Shown here: piece by piece, positions 28,901-36,552 of the stretch
Numbering within the stretch: position 1 is the first letter of the stretch
Layout: every line of letters starts with the position of its first letter
Assembly (NCBI GenBank): GCA_020056635.1
Contig: JAGVHI010000003.1
Location: 28,638-92,637, forward strand
Reading direction: 5' to 3'
From: an archaeon
GTDB lineage: Archaea; Micrarchaeota; Micrarchaeia; Anstonellales; Anstonellaceae
DNA: 64,000 bases
Notes under the pieces: model-generated
Told to the model about the DNA's origin: nothing
What the model saw: only the letters and a program-made list of their open reading frames with translations
The model's database searches: none
Position numbers and translations under genes: made by a program

Positions 28901-29059
28901 GGGAGGGACACAGGTGGAAGCTATATGATGAACGGCAGCATGGACGAGGTGAAGGTTTTCGGCAGGGCATTGTCAGATTCTGAAATATTCGATGAGTATA
29001 TGAGCGCTGCAAACCCCAATGAGAGGTTTGCGGTGCGAAGCGTGGTGTGGGGCAGATGA
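25934..29059 (+). CDS. Giant pilin-like adhesin with a class-III signal peptide and four LamG/concanavalin-A-like domains, rich in N-glycosylation sequons
   Basis: N-terminus MKKSGFVISFEALTALLLVF. Four repeats of the LamG_3 hallmark: DELKIFDRGLTAAQVREEAEY, DDVRVYSRALGASEIESAY, DEVRLYNKSLSEKQIYERYY, DEVKVFGRALSDSEIFDEY. More than 40 N-x-S/T sequons. Confidence 0.7.
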   Translation: MKKSGFVISFEALTALLLVFATLSLMYAAMRDAPAPREIGSEHNIEAIASDISVLSGLVYGKNLSTGSADQVSFLLYRLQPGLCARVYLVENGTGGYFDSVSSGDCRLPTEGSNPAPPIAYWTFDAKQVRGANASNSTYALDASGGGYDCIVGGQASDVGSKSAMPGKLERESCRRKGCYSFDAVDDQLSCQNYSRLMHVTASDFTIGGWIYPNPTGVGPSYVIHSGEGSTEEFEVRYYPASSTISARIYAPRNGTVNATLHPLGWHHFAAVGRGSNLSLYVDGEYTNSTGMTDNGLPYISKIYMGDGFNGTIDELKIFDRGLTAAQVREEAEYRVFGKYGFDYDLRAPFSHGMAVDESGNWNDLKVRGNATQNISEMGGLAFNFPGPMGGSSLENTTIANFTQTTVMMRIKQRSYGNSTNWPGLAARSGSFAFYSNTTVGGGLVLLVWNATGGVIRIPSLLPQVPLDEWHHVAFTYAGKNATIYLDGVGANSSDAIYPYNLTLSGTQGPLQIGTTNFGVHDFNGTMDDVRVYSRALGASEIESAYRGYVEHPAIYESKSLFGATYAKIGGLLGTINRTAAFYSFDLNATGNITNDSSPNVLNGLVGEGIAQKMPYLNRSNNSPIGNDYLRLQNLSAFYEFDGVNDTIAVPSNSLLQNPADLTVEAWVRPKNNVPANQIVASYLNSADNTGWELRLVDSGGTLNQVIRRGDGGGTSILTGSEAVWVNRWSYIAATFSRAEGSKLYRNGMLVGGNSSDTGPWPNPTLSNFTIGGNASGCATCFFNGSIDEVRLYNKSLSEKQIYERYYLRASYSFDANNSTTGFFVNDSSVYKGHCRLVNGTWNSTGGILGRFYEFNGSTGSGLNCSNSSSSSIVALGNRTVMMWFRLREPSTVSDYSYILFSRGQITWDTLAINSSRTILTYSHSSPTGVSVIGAPVTPLFREVPKNQWLHAAVSYNNASKETRVYLNGVMLGKIANDTVTSNEDILYVGRDTGGSYMMNGSMDEVKVFGRALSDSEIFDEYMSAANPNERFAVRSVVWGR

Positions 29060-30015
29060 TGGGTTCAAAAAAAGGCTACATATACACTATTTCGATCGTG
29101 CTGATAGGCACCATACTGTCGATATTTGTGTTCAACGCATACACGCAGCACTACAGTTCGCTTATTTCCCAGCGCATAGAGTCGAGCCTGCCGCGCGCGC
29201 AGCAGGAGTTTGATTTCGTCGCTGCACAGTCGCTTGACCTGGCAAAAAACAGGGTGAGGATTTCCGGCAATTCGACTTTTTACAATGTTACGGTAACAGA
29301 CGTGCTGCCGCACAGGGCTGACAATATGGACTTCATAAACTGGAGCGCATATGGCTACTATTTGAACGGCAGCTACTACGGCCAGTCGCACTCGAACCTG
29401 ACTGTTTCGAAATACTTCTCCAATTCCAATGACGGCATGAACACCACCTTTAGGCTGTCTGCCATGGGGCCTGGAGCGGCAGCCCCCTGGAACAATATAA
29501 TGGACTGGAGAAGGGGGAATGCGAACAGCTCGAATTTCACCTATACGAAAAGCCTGACCCAGAACATGAGCGTCTCTGTGCGGTGCCAGAATGCGTCAAC
29601 AATGAGCCCGGCCGTAGTTCCTGGCAGCGATTCAAGCAATCCGTTCTACATGAAATATTCAGATCCGAATAGGGCATATGCGCAGACTGCCATTGCATCT
29701 GGCGGCGCATCAGAGGATTTGGTGGTATTTTTCATCGAGTTCAACTCAAGCGCGCCCAGCATCAATTTCACATTGAGGTTCGTGAATGAAACGCCTGTGC
29801 TGGGTGTGGGCGGAGGGGCGCAGTGCGAGGTTAACGCAAGCGTAACTACGAATGGATTGAATGAGAATTACACTGTTAAATATGATTTCAATACGCTATT
29901 GAACTACACTGCGCGCGCAGGGGACGTGGCAAACGTCACAAAATCGGCAGTTATAGGCAGGTACATGCGCGACCCGGAGTATTATGCAGCCCCGATAGAT
30001 GATTCGCAGCCTTAG
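29056..30015 (+). CDS. Pilin-like secreted protein (class III signal peptide), with heavy N-glycosylation sequon load
   Basis: MMGSKKGYIYTISIVLIGTILSIFVF. The ATG overlaps the upstream TGA as ATGA (translational coupling). Many NxS/T sequons (NSTF, NVTV, NWSA, NGSY, NLTV, NMSV, NAST, NFTL, NETP, NASV, NYTV, NYTA, NVTK). Confidence 0.6.
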   Translation: MMGSKKGYIYTISIVLIGTILSIFVFNAYTQHYSSLISQRIESSLPRAQQEFDFVAAQSLDLAKNRVRISGNSTFYNVTVTDVLPHRADNMDFINWSAYGYYLNGSYYGQSHSNLTVSKYFSNSNDGMNTTFRLSAMGPGAAAPWNNIMDWRRGNANSSNFTYTKSLTQNMSVSVRCQNASTMSPAVVPGSDSSNPFYMKYSDPNRAYAQTAIASGGASEDLVVFFIEFNSSAPSINFTLRFVNETPVLGVGGGAQCEVNASVTTNGLNENYTVKYDFNTLLNYTARAGDVANVTKSAVIGRYMRDPEYYAAPIDDSQP

Positions 30016-30169
30016 CTGGAGCCTATTGCAGGGGCGCGGCTGGGACTAATCAAGGAATATAAAGCTATTATGGGATAAGAATGGCGCAACGCCCCTGGCC
30101 TATAACCGGGGCTAGTTAGGAATTGGAAAAATGAAAACGGGCCCGTAGCTCAGCTTGGATAGAGCGGCA

Positions 30170-30192
30170 AGAGGGGGCAGCCCCTCCCGCAT
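30170..30192 (+). other. Putative 23-nt non-canonical tRNA intron between nt 29 and 30 of tRNA-Arg
   Basis: Contains its own hairpin gagggg-gcag-cccctc. Its removal restores a 5-bp anticodon stem. Confidence 0.45.
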
Positions 30193-30220
30193 GCCTTCTA
30201 AGCTGTAGGTCATGGGTTCA

Positions 30221-30348
30221 GGCCCTTTTCTTTCCGTCCGGAAAGAAAAGCCCCTGGGGAAAAGAAAGAATTTTACTGCGGAAAATATCGCCTTTCGGCG
30301 TTTTTCCGCCCTGAAATATCTTCTCCCTATGGTTATAGGCCGCCCAAA
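30221..30348 (+). other. Putative 128-nt T-loop intron of tRNA-Arg, with an 11-bp perfect hairpin at 30225-30250
   Basis: Removal reconstitutes T-loop ttcaaat. Hairpin cttttctttcc-gtcc-ggaaagaaaag. Homologous to the tRNA-Phe intron at 925-1035. Confidence 0.5.
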
Positions 30349-30400
30349 AATCCCATCGGGCCCGTCCATTATAGAGGCTAGAAGCAGGGAGGTAGGGAAC

Positions 30401-30652
30401 ATGTCATCGGCGCAGGTAAGCGACATAATCGAGCTCATGGAAACAGTGATAAACGACACTTCGATACCGAAGAACATAAGGAAAAATGTCAGCGATGCGA
30501 GGGACAGGCTGAAAAGCGCTGACGAGCTTGCGACAAGCGTGAGCTCCGCAATCTATTCGATTGAGGAGATTTCGGAGGACATTAACATGCCGATGCACGC
30601 GCGGACGCAGATTTGGACAATACTCTCCGCGCTTGAATCGCTAAAGAAATAG
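30401..30652 (+). CDS. UPF0147-family small conserved archaeal protein
   Basis: MSSAQVSDIIELMETVINDTSIPKNIRKNV...PMHARTQIWTILSALESL matches the UPF0147 pattern. Confidence 0.7.
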   Translation: MSSAQVSDIIELMETVINDTSIPKNIRKNVSDARDRLKSADELATSVSSAIYSIEEISEDINMPMHARTQIWTILSALESLKK

Positions 30653-30670
30653 GGGCAGAAGTTGGGCTAA

Positions 30671-32122
30671 ATGCTTGCGGACGTAAAAAAATTGGAGGAT
30701 GCCGGAAAGCGCCTAGCGCCGGATGCAGTGGAGCTTCTTTTGTCAGTGGATAAGGAGGGGGTGGTGCGCGCCCTGCTTGAGAATCCGGTGCCCATAATTT
30801 CCGCGGACGCTGTGTTGGCGGCAATTGCGGAGGAAGGCAAGATACCCCAGCCAGTGGAAGTGAAGCGCGCATCTGGCTTTGCGCCAATCTCAAAGGAGCA
30901 CAGCCCCAGGCTTAGGGTGATTGAAAGGCAGGACATTTCAGGCAAGTCAAGATGCACTGGCACAATCGAAGATTTTGTGGAGCACTTCCAGGACAGGTTC
31001 AAGCGGGTCGGAAAGATGCTCAAGAACCGCATTTCCGCGAACCCGGTTGTCGAGACAGAACGGCTCAAGGAGAATCAGGGGAAAGGGGTGCGGCTAATCT
31101 GCATGGTTGCGGAGAGGAGGGATACGAAAAAGGGGGATTTGCTCCTGACTGTCGAGGATGGGAAGGGGACTGCGAAAGTGTTTGTCTCAAAGCGCGAGAA
31201 GTGCTTCCTTGCAGCAAAGGGGATTGCGGATGATGAGATAATTGCGGTGGATGGAAAGTATGCGGACCCGTTTCTGATTGCAAGCGAAATCACCTGGCCA
31301 GACCTGCCAGTGGTGCGCGAGCGGAAGCATGCAGAAGAGGATTTGGCGGTTGCGTACATTTCGGACCTGCACATAGGGAGCAGGCATTTTTTGGAGAAGG
31401 AGTTTGCGAATTTCCTTTCCTGGCTCAATGGGAAATGGGGGGATGCAACGCTTGCTGGGAAGGTGAAGTATGTCGAGATTGGTGGGGATATTGTTGACGG
31501 GATCGGGGTCTATCCATCGCAGGAGAAGGATTTGGTGATAAAGGACATCTACAAGCAGTACGAGATGTTCGACGAGTTGATTGTAAATCTGCCTGACTAT
31601 GTCGAGGTGATTGTTTCGCCAGGGAACCATGATGCGGTAAGGAGGGCGGACCCGCAGCCAATTATTCCCATGGAGCTCATGAAGGCGGATGTGAAAAAAG
31701 TCGGCAGCCCGTCACTAGTTGAGATAGAGGGGCTCAAGCACCTGATTTACCATGGGACCTCGCTTGACTCGGTGATTGCAGGGATTCCCGGACTGTCCTA
31801 CAACCGGCCGGAGGAAGCGATGCTTGCGCTGCTAAAGAGAAGGCACCTTTCCCCGCTTTACGGGGACAATTTGATTGTCCCGGAGAAGCAGGACGTTATG
31901 GTGATTGAAGAGGAGCCGGACGTGCTTCACATGGGGCACGTGCACAAGAACGGGCACCTGAATTACCGGGGCACTGTGGTGCTGAATTCAGGAACGTTCC
32001 AGGCAAGAACCGAGTACCAGGAGAGGATGGGGCACATACCCACTCCGGGAAAGGCGTATGTGATGGAGCTCAAAAGCGGAAACCTGAATATGGTGGATTT
32101 CGGGGAGCCGGGCCAGGGATAG
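30671..32122 (+). CDS. polB: DNA polymerase II (PolD) small subunit DP1, a calcineurin-like phosphoesterase/exonuclease
   Basis: Metallophosphatase motifs AYISDLHIGS, GDIVDG, GNHD. 483 aa, immediately upstream of DP2. Confidence 0.9.
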   Translation: MLADVKKLEDAGKRLAPDAVELLLSVDKEGVVRALLENPVPIISADAVLAAIAEEGKIPQPVEVKRASGFAPISKEHSPRLRVIERQDISGKSRCTGTIEDFVEHFQDRFKRVGKMLKNRISANPVVETERLKENQGKGVRLICMVAERRDTKKGDLLLTVEDGKGTAKVFVSKREKCFLAAKGIADDEIIAVDGKYADPFLIASEITWPDLPVVRERKHAEEDLAVAYISDLHIGSRHFLEKEFANFLSWLNGKWGDATLAGKVKYVEIGGDIVDGIGVYPSQEKDLVIKDIYKQYEMFDELIVNLPDYVEVIVSPGNHDAVRRADPQPIIPMELMKADVKKVGSPSLVEIEGLKHLIYHGTSLDSVIAGIPGLSYNRPEEAMLALLKRRHLSPLYGDNLIVPEKQDVMVIEEEPDVLHMGHVHKNGHLNYRGTVVLNSGTFQARTEYQERMGHIPTPGKAYVMELKSGNLNMVDFGEPGQG

Positions 32123-32124
32123 TT

Positions 32125-35100
32125 ATGTTCGAAGCGGAAGAGGAAGTGAAAAATTATTTCAAGTCCCTACAAGACGGGCTGCAGGAGGCATTGAACCTGG
32201 CAGGATCTGCACGTGCGCAGAATTTCGACCCTGAGCCGTTTGTGGAAATCACGCCTGCGACAGATGTTGCGGGAAGGGTTGAAGGGATAGTAGGGCCCAA
32301 GGGGATTGCAGAAGTGATACGCGCTGCAGAGAAGGGGGGAAGGAGCAGGGAACTGGTCGCATACGAGGTGCTAAAGAAAATCGTGAACGGGGAATTGATG
32401 AGCGGCACGCCCGAGCAGCTTATTGAGCAGGGAGTAAGGACCGGCGTGGGGATACTTACTGAAGGGGTGCTTGTCGCGCCAACCGAAGGGATTGCAAAAT
32501 TCAAAATAAAGCAGAACCAGGACGGAAGCAGCTATTTGGCTGTGTATTATGCAGGTCCGATCCGCTCTGCTGGCGGGTCAGTTTGCGCGCAAAGCGTGGT
32601 GCTTGCGGACGCGGCTCGGCAGCATTTCGGGATTGGGGAGTTTAGGCCGACTGAAACCGTGCTTGAGAGGTATGTTGAGGAAATCAACACGTACGATGCA
32701 CGGGTTGCGCGCGTGCAGTACAAGCCCACGGACGAGGAGATAAAGCACATAGTGAGGAGCTGCCCAGTCTGCATTGATGGGGACCCGACCGAGAAATTGG
32801 AAGTGTCTGTTAGAAGGGACGTGCCAGGAATCGAGACTAATAGGATTCGCTCCGGGATTGCGCTTGTGATTTGCGAGGGGATTGCGCAGAAGGCTGCCAA
32901 GGTGATGAAATACTCCAAAAAGGTCGGGGTGTCCTGGCCTTGGATTGAGAAATTGGTGAAGGTCGCAAGGAAGGAAGGGGCGGTTGAACTTAAGCCGAAT
33001 GGGAGTTATTTGGAGGATGTTGCTGCGGGGAGGCCGATTTTCGCCTACCCGCTTGCGCCCGGCGGGTTTAGGCTGCGGTACGGAAGGACTCGGGTTTCCG
33101 GGCTCATGGGAAAGGCGATACACCCTGCGACCATGGTGCTTCTTGACAAGTTCCCGGTGATTGGGACGCACATGAAAATAGAGAGGCCGGGAAAAGGGAC
33201 AGTGGTTGCGCCATGCGACACGATTGAGGGGCCGGTGGTGCTGCTAAATGATGGGAGCGTGGTGCGGGTCGCAAGCCTTGAGCAGGCAATGCAAATTGCG
33301 CACAAGGTGAAGGAAGTGCTGTTCTTGGGGGACATGCTGGTGCCAGTGGGCGATTTCATAAAATCCGGCCATTTCCTTGTGCCTGGCGCATGGTGCGATG
33401 AGTGGTGGGGCGCTCTTGCAAAGGAAAAGGGGATTGGGCAAAAAGCGGAGCTAAAAGCTGGGGAGGCGTTCGCGCTTTCCCGCAAGCACAATATTCCGCT
33501 GCACCCGAAATACACGTACCACTGGCACGATATCAGTTCGGCGCAGCTTGATTCGCTTGCAAAATGGCTGATGGGGGGCAAATTGAACTTTGAGCTGCTC
33601 TGGCTAAAGTCGTTTGAGGCGCAGGCCGCGCAGGAGAAAAGGACGCTTGAACTTCTGTGCATTGAGCATTCGGTTGTTGACGGAAAAGTGGTTATTGATT
33701 CGGAGAACGCGTTTGCTCTGCTCAAGACATTGGGGATATTGGTGGATGGGAAGCTTAATGCGGAGAAGTATGCGTCTGTTTTCAAGCCGGAAGCAGACGC
33801 GATGGAGAACGTGAATGCGCTTGCTGGCGTGGTTGTGAAGAAAAAGGCACCAGTGTACATTGGAGCTAGGATGGGAAGGCCGGAAAAGGCGAGGGAGCGG
33901 GAGATGAAGCCTGCGGTGCACGGGCTTTTCCCGCTTGGGACAGAGAAAAACAGGAACATACTAAAGCAGTACAAGGACGTGAAGGCCGAGGCAAAGAGGC
34001 AGATTTTCGTAGAGATTGCAAGGATGCGGTGCGCGCAGTGCGGGAAAATAACGCCGGCCGTGAAATGCACGTGCGGCGGCAGGGGGGAAATCGAGAAGGT
34101 GTGCACAAAATGCTCGCGCGTGTGCAAGGGCAAGGAATGCCCGTGCGGTGGGAAAGCGGAAGGGTTTGAAAAGCGGAATGTCGATTTGGTTGAGATGTTC
34201 GATTCGGCGAGGAAGCATTGCGGCGAGGGGGCGCCATTCGAGCTTCGCGGGGTCAAGGGGCTTGTAAGCGAGAACAAGATACCGGAGCCGCTTGAAAAGG
34301 CGATGCTTCGCGCAAAGCACAATGTGAGCGTGTTTAGGGACGGGACGTGCCGGTTCGATGCGACAAACGTGCCAATAACTTACTTCACACCTGCAGAGAT
34401 ACAGACCAGCGTGCAGAAGCTGCGCAAGCTCGGCTATTCCAAGGATATAGAGGGTGCGGAGCTCAAGAGCGAGGGGCAGGTGTGCAGGCTGCTCCCGCAG
34501 GACGTGCTGCTCTCCGAGAACGGCATTGAATACATGAAGAACATTTCGAAATTCGTGGATGATTTGCTCGTCTGCCTGTATGGTATGAGGCCGTATTACA
34601 ATATGGAATCAAAGGAGGATTTGGTCGGGGCGCTTGTTGTCGGGATTTCGCCGCACACCTCCGCAGGGATGCTTGAGAGGATAATAGGATTCACAAAAGC
34701 GCACGTGGGGTATGCGCACCCGTACCTGATTGCAGCAAGGAGGAGGAACTGCGACGGGGATGAGGACTGCATGCTGCTCCTAATGGATGCGCTCTTGAAT
34801 TTCTCGCGTGCGTACCTGCCGACTAGCAGGGGCGGGACTATGGACGCGCCGCTTGTGCTCACCATCAATGTGGAGCCGGCTGAGGTGGATGATGAGGTGC
34901 ATGCGATGGAAATCTGCTGGGAATATCCCCTTTCGTTCTATGAGGCTGCGGAAAAGTTCGCGTCCGCAAGCGATGCGGGCCTCAAGCTTGTGAAGGACGT
35001 GCTAGGGACGCCTGCGCAATACGGGGATTTTGGCTATACGCATGCAACAAGCTCGATAAATGCAGGGCCGCTGTCCAGCACTTATGTTACATTGGAAACA

Positions 35101-35496
35101 ATGGAAGAGAAGGTGAACGCGCAGTTTGCGCTGCAGAAAAAGCTGCGGTGCGTAGATTTGCAGGATGCGGCATCCCGGGTGATATTGAACCACTTTCTGC
35201 CGGACATGTACGGGAACCTGCGCTCGTTTTCGAGGCAAACCTTCAGGTGCGTGGAATGCAATTCGATTTACCGGAGGCCGCCCCTGATTGGGAAATGCAG
35301 CGCGTGCGGCGGGAAGCTGCTGCTCACCATAAACAAGGGGAACATTGAGAAATACCTGGACCTCGCGTCCAGGATGGCAAGGGAATATGGGCTGCCGGAT
35401 TACATGAAGCAGAGGTTTGAGCTCATCAGGCAGGATATCAGGTCCATATTTGTGGATGAGAAGAGCAAGCAGGTCGGATTGTCTGATTTCATCTGA
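32125..35496 (+). CDS. polC: DNA polymerase II (PolD) large subunit DP2, with no intein
   Basis: 1123 aa. Central Zn-finger cluster CAQCGKITPAVKCTCGG...CTKCSRVCKGKECPCGG and C-terminal CVECNSIYRRPPLIGKCSACGGKL. Confidence 0.95.
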   Translation: MFEAEEEVKNYFKSLQDGLQEALNLAGSARAQNFDPEPFVEITPATDVAGRVEGIVGPKGIAEVIRAAEKGGRSRELVAYEVLKKIVNGELMSGTPEQLIEQGVRTGVGILTEGVLVAPTEGIAKFKIKQNQDGSSYLAVYYAGPIRSAGGSVCAQSVVLADAARQHFGIGEFRPTETVLERYVEEINTYDARVARVQYKPTDEEIKHIVRSCPVCIDGDPTEKLEVSVRRDVPGIETNRIRSGIALVICEGIAQKAAKVMKYSKKVGVSWPWIEKLVKVARKEGAVELKPNGSYLEDVAAGRPIFAYPLAPGGFRLRYGRTRVSGLMGKAIHPATMVLLDKFPVIGTHMKIERPGKGTVVAPCDTIEGPVVLLNDGSVVRVASLEQAMQIAHKVKEVLFLGDMLVPVGDFIKSGHFLVPGAWCDEWWGALAKEKGIGQKAELKAGEAFALSRKHNIPLHPKYTYHWHDISSAQLDSLAKWLMGGKLNFELLWLKSFEAQAAQEKRTLELLCIEHSVVDGKVVIDSENAFALLKTLGILVDGKLNAEKYASVFKPEADAMENVNALAGVVVKKKAPVYIGARMGRPEKAREREMKPAVHGLFPLGTEKNRNILKQYKDVKAEAKRQIFVEIARMRCAQCGKITPAVKCTCGGRGEIEKVCTKCSRVCKGKECPCGGKAEGFEKRNVDLVEMFDSARKHCGEGAPFELRGVKGLVSENKIPEPLEKAMLRAKHNVSVFRDGTCRFDATNVPITYFTPAEIQTSVQKLRKLGYSKDIEGAELKSEGQVCRLLPQDVLLSENGIEYMKNISKFVDDLLVCLYGMRPYYNMESKEDLVGALVVGISPHTSAGMLERIIGFTKAHVGYAHPYLIAARRRNCDGDEDCMLLLMDALLNFSRAYLPTSRGGTMDAPLVLTINVEPAEVDDEVHAMEICWEYPLSFYEAAEKFASASDAGLKLVKDVLGTPAQYGDFGYTHATSSINAGPLSSTYVTLETMEEKVNAQFALQKKLRCVDLQDAASRVILNHFLPDMYGNLRSFSRQTFRCVECNSIYRRPPLIGKCSACGGKLLLTINKGNIEKYLDLASRMAREYGLPDYMKQRFELIRQDIRSIFVDEKSKQVGLSDFI

Positions 35497-36334
35497 TTGG
35501 GCCCACCTCGACTCTTGTGACGGGGCGCACGCCAAAATCAAGCGCAACCGCCTCGAACCCTATTCCCAGGAATTCGCTTGCATGCCCCAGGTTGACTGCT
35601 ATGTCAAGGCAGCCTGTGGAGGATGGGAGGATTATTGGGATGCCCTTGCCTGCGCCTTCGAAAGTCAGCCGTATTTCAGCCCGCCCATCGTAGAGCACAT
35701 GCGAGTTTTCTATGAGCAGGTGAGAGGTAAATCCGATGGGATTGGAGACATTATCGTTTGGGATTGTTGTTCGCAGGTTCCCATAGGAATCGATATCCGC
35801 AAGGAAGCCGCATGATGGTGGCGTGCCATCGTTCGGCTGAAGGGAAATCCGGGCAAGGCGCTCGTTTGGAATCTGCGGGCCGAATTCCAATATGCCCACT
35901 CCGGAAAAAAGATGCGCGGCTGCAGGCGCAAACACGTCGCGCCCCTCGAAAGTGCAGGAGTTTGCGTGCTCAAGTAGAGTGAGAGCATTGTTTTCTATGC
36001 AGACTGCGCAATCCACCCCTTCCTGCTGGAACGCAAGCGAGAGAAGGCCGTTGTCGGGCCCGATTAGGAGCTTGCCTTCTTTTGTCCGGACTATCAGGCG
36101 CGCCCGTGGAGTGCCGACGCCCGGGTCCACTACAGCGACGAATATGTCGCCTTCCCGCGAGCCGTTTGAGCCCACAGCCCGTGAAAGCTTCCATGCGCCG
36201 GAGAGTATGTTCCCGAGCTTTACGTCATGCGTTATATCGTCCGTGCGGAAATGGGCGCGCTCGCATATGCGACGTATTGAGGAGCGCAGCAGATATTTTG
36301 CCTCATCAAGCCCGAAATCAGTGAGAAGCGAGAT
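35489..36334 (-). CDS. SAM hydroxide adenosyltransferase-like protein (DUF62; fluorinase/chlorinase/SalL family), with no canonical start codon in the conserved N-terminal frame
   Basis: ISLLTDFGLDEAKYLL...DITHDV...VAVVDPGVGT. The ORF is open from 36424, but the only ATG/GTG/TTG start is the GTG at 36175, which is internal to the domain. Confidence 0.65.
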   Translation of the reverse strand: MSLLTDFGLDEAKYLLRSSIRRICERAHFRTDDITHDVKLGNILSGAWKLSRAVGSNGSREGDIFVAVVDPGVGTPRARLIVRTKEGKLLIGPDNGLLSLAFQQEGVDCAVCIENNALTLLEHANSCTFEGRDVFAPAAAHLFSGVGILEFGPQIPNERLARISLQPNDGTPPSCGFLADIDSYGNLRTTIPNDNVSNPIGFTSHLLIENSHVLYDGRAEIRLTFEGAGKGIPIILPSSTGCLDIAVNLGHASEFLGIGFEAVALDFGVRPVTRVEVGPIR

Positions 36335-36552
36335 GAGCGGCTCGCGCCCGTGGAACGGATTTTGAGCCCTGCCGCATTTGAGAACACCCTTTTCGAGTAG
36401 TTGATGTTTTTGTTTCCACTTCGCTCACCCCCATTGATTTTGTGCGATTGATGCTGTGCCTTGCGGTATTTATGGGTTGGTGACAAGGAAATTCCGATAG
36501 GAATCGGGAGGGCGGGCGATTATTATTTAAACCGCCCCTGCGTTAGGGCAGC

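Larger units (their letters stand above)
30139..30364 (+). tRNA. tRNA-Arg (anticodon TCT) interrupted by two introns, one of 23 nt in the anticodon stem and one of 128 nt in the T-loop
   Basis: Exons 30139-30169, 30193-30220 and 30349-30364 assemble into acceptor gggcccg/cgggccc (7/7), D-arm tagctcagcttggatagagc, anticodon stem gcagc/gctgt, loop cttctaa (U33, TCT), variable aggtc, T-arm atggg-ttcaaat-cccat, discriminator g. Confidence 0.7.

Noticed and set aside
30139-30400. Possibility that the ~260-nt non-coding stretch is an SRP (7S) RNA or a tRNA pseudogene/att-site fragment
   Set aside because: The 5' and 3' ends pair (gggcccg/cgggccc) as SRP RNA helices would. But the D-arm is canonical tRNA, and after removing two segments every tRNA element, including a perfect ttcaaat T-loop, is recovered. 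The split-tRNA reading explains more.
30212-30652. 146-aa ORF from the track that starts inside the tRNA-Arg region
   Set aside because: It is read-through across the tRNA intron into the UPF0147 gene. The conserved protein starts at the ATG 30401 (MSSAQVSDIIELMETV...).
33045-34322. 425-aa minus-strand ORF inside DP2
   Set aside because: Antisense to the highly conserved PolD large-subunit frame. Low-complexity Ser/Pro/Ala-rich translation typical of GC-rich antisense.
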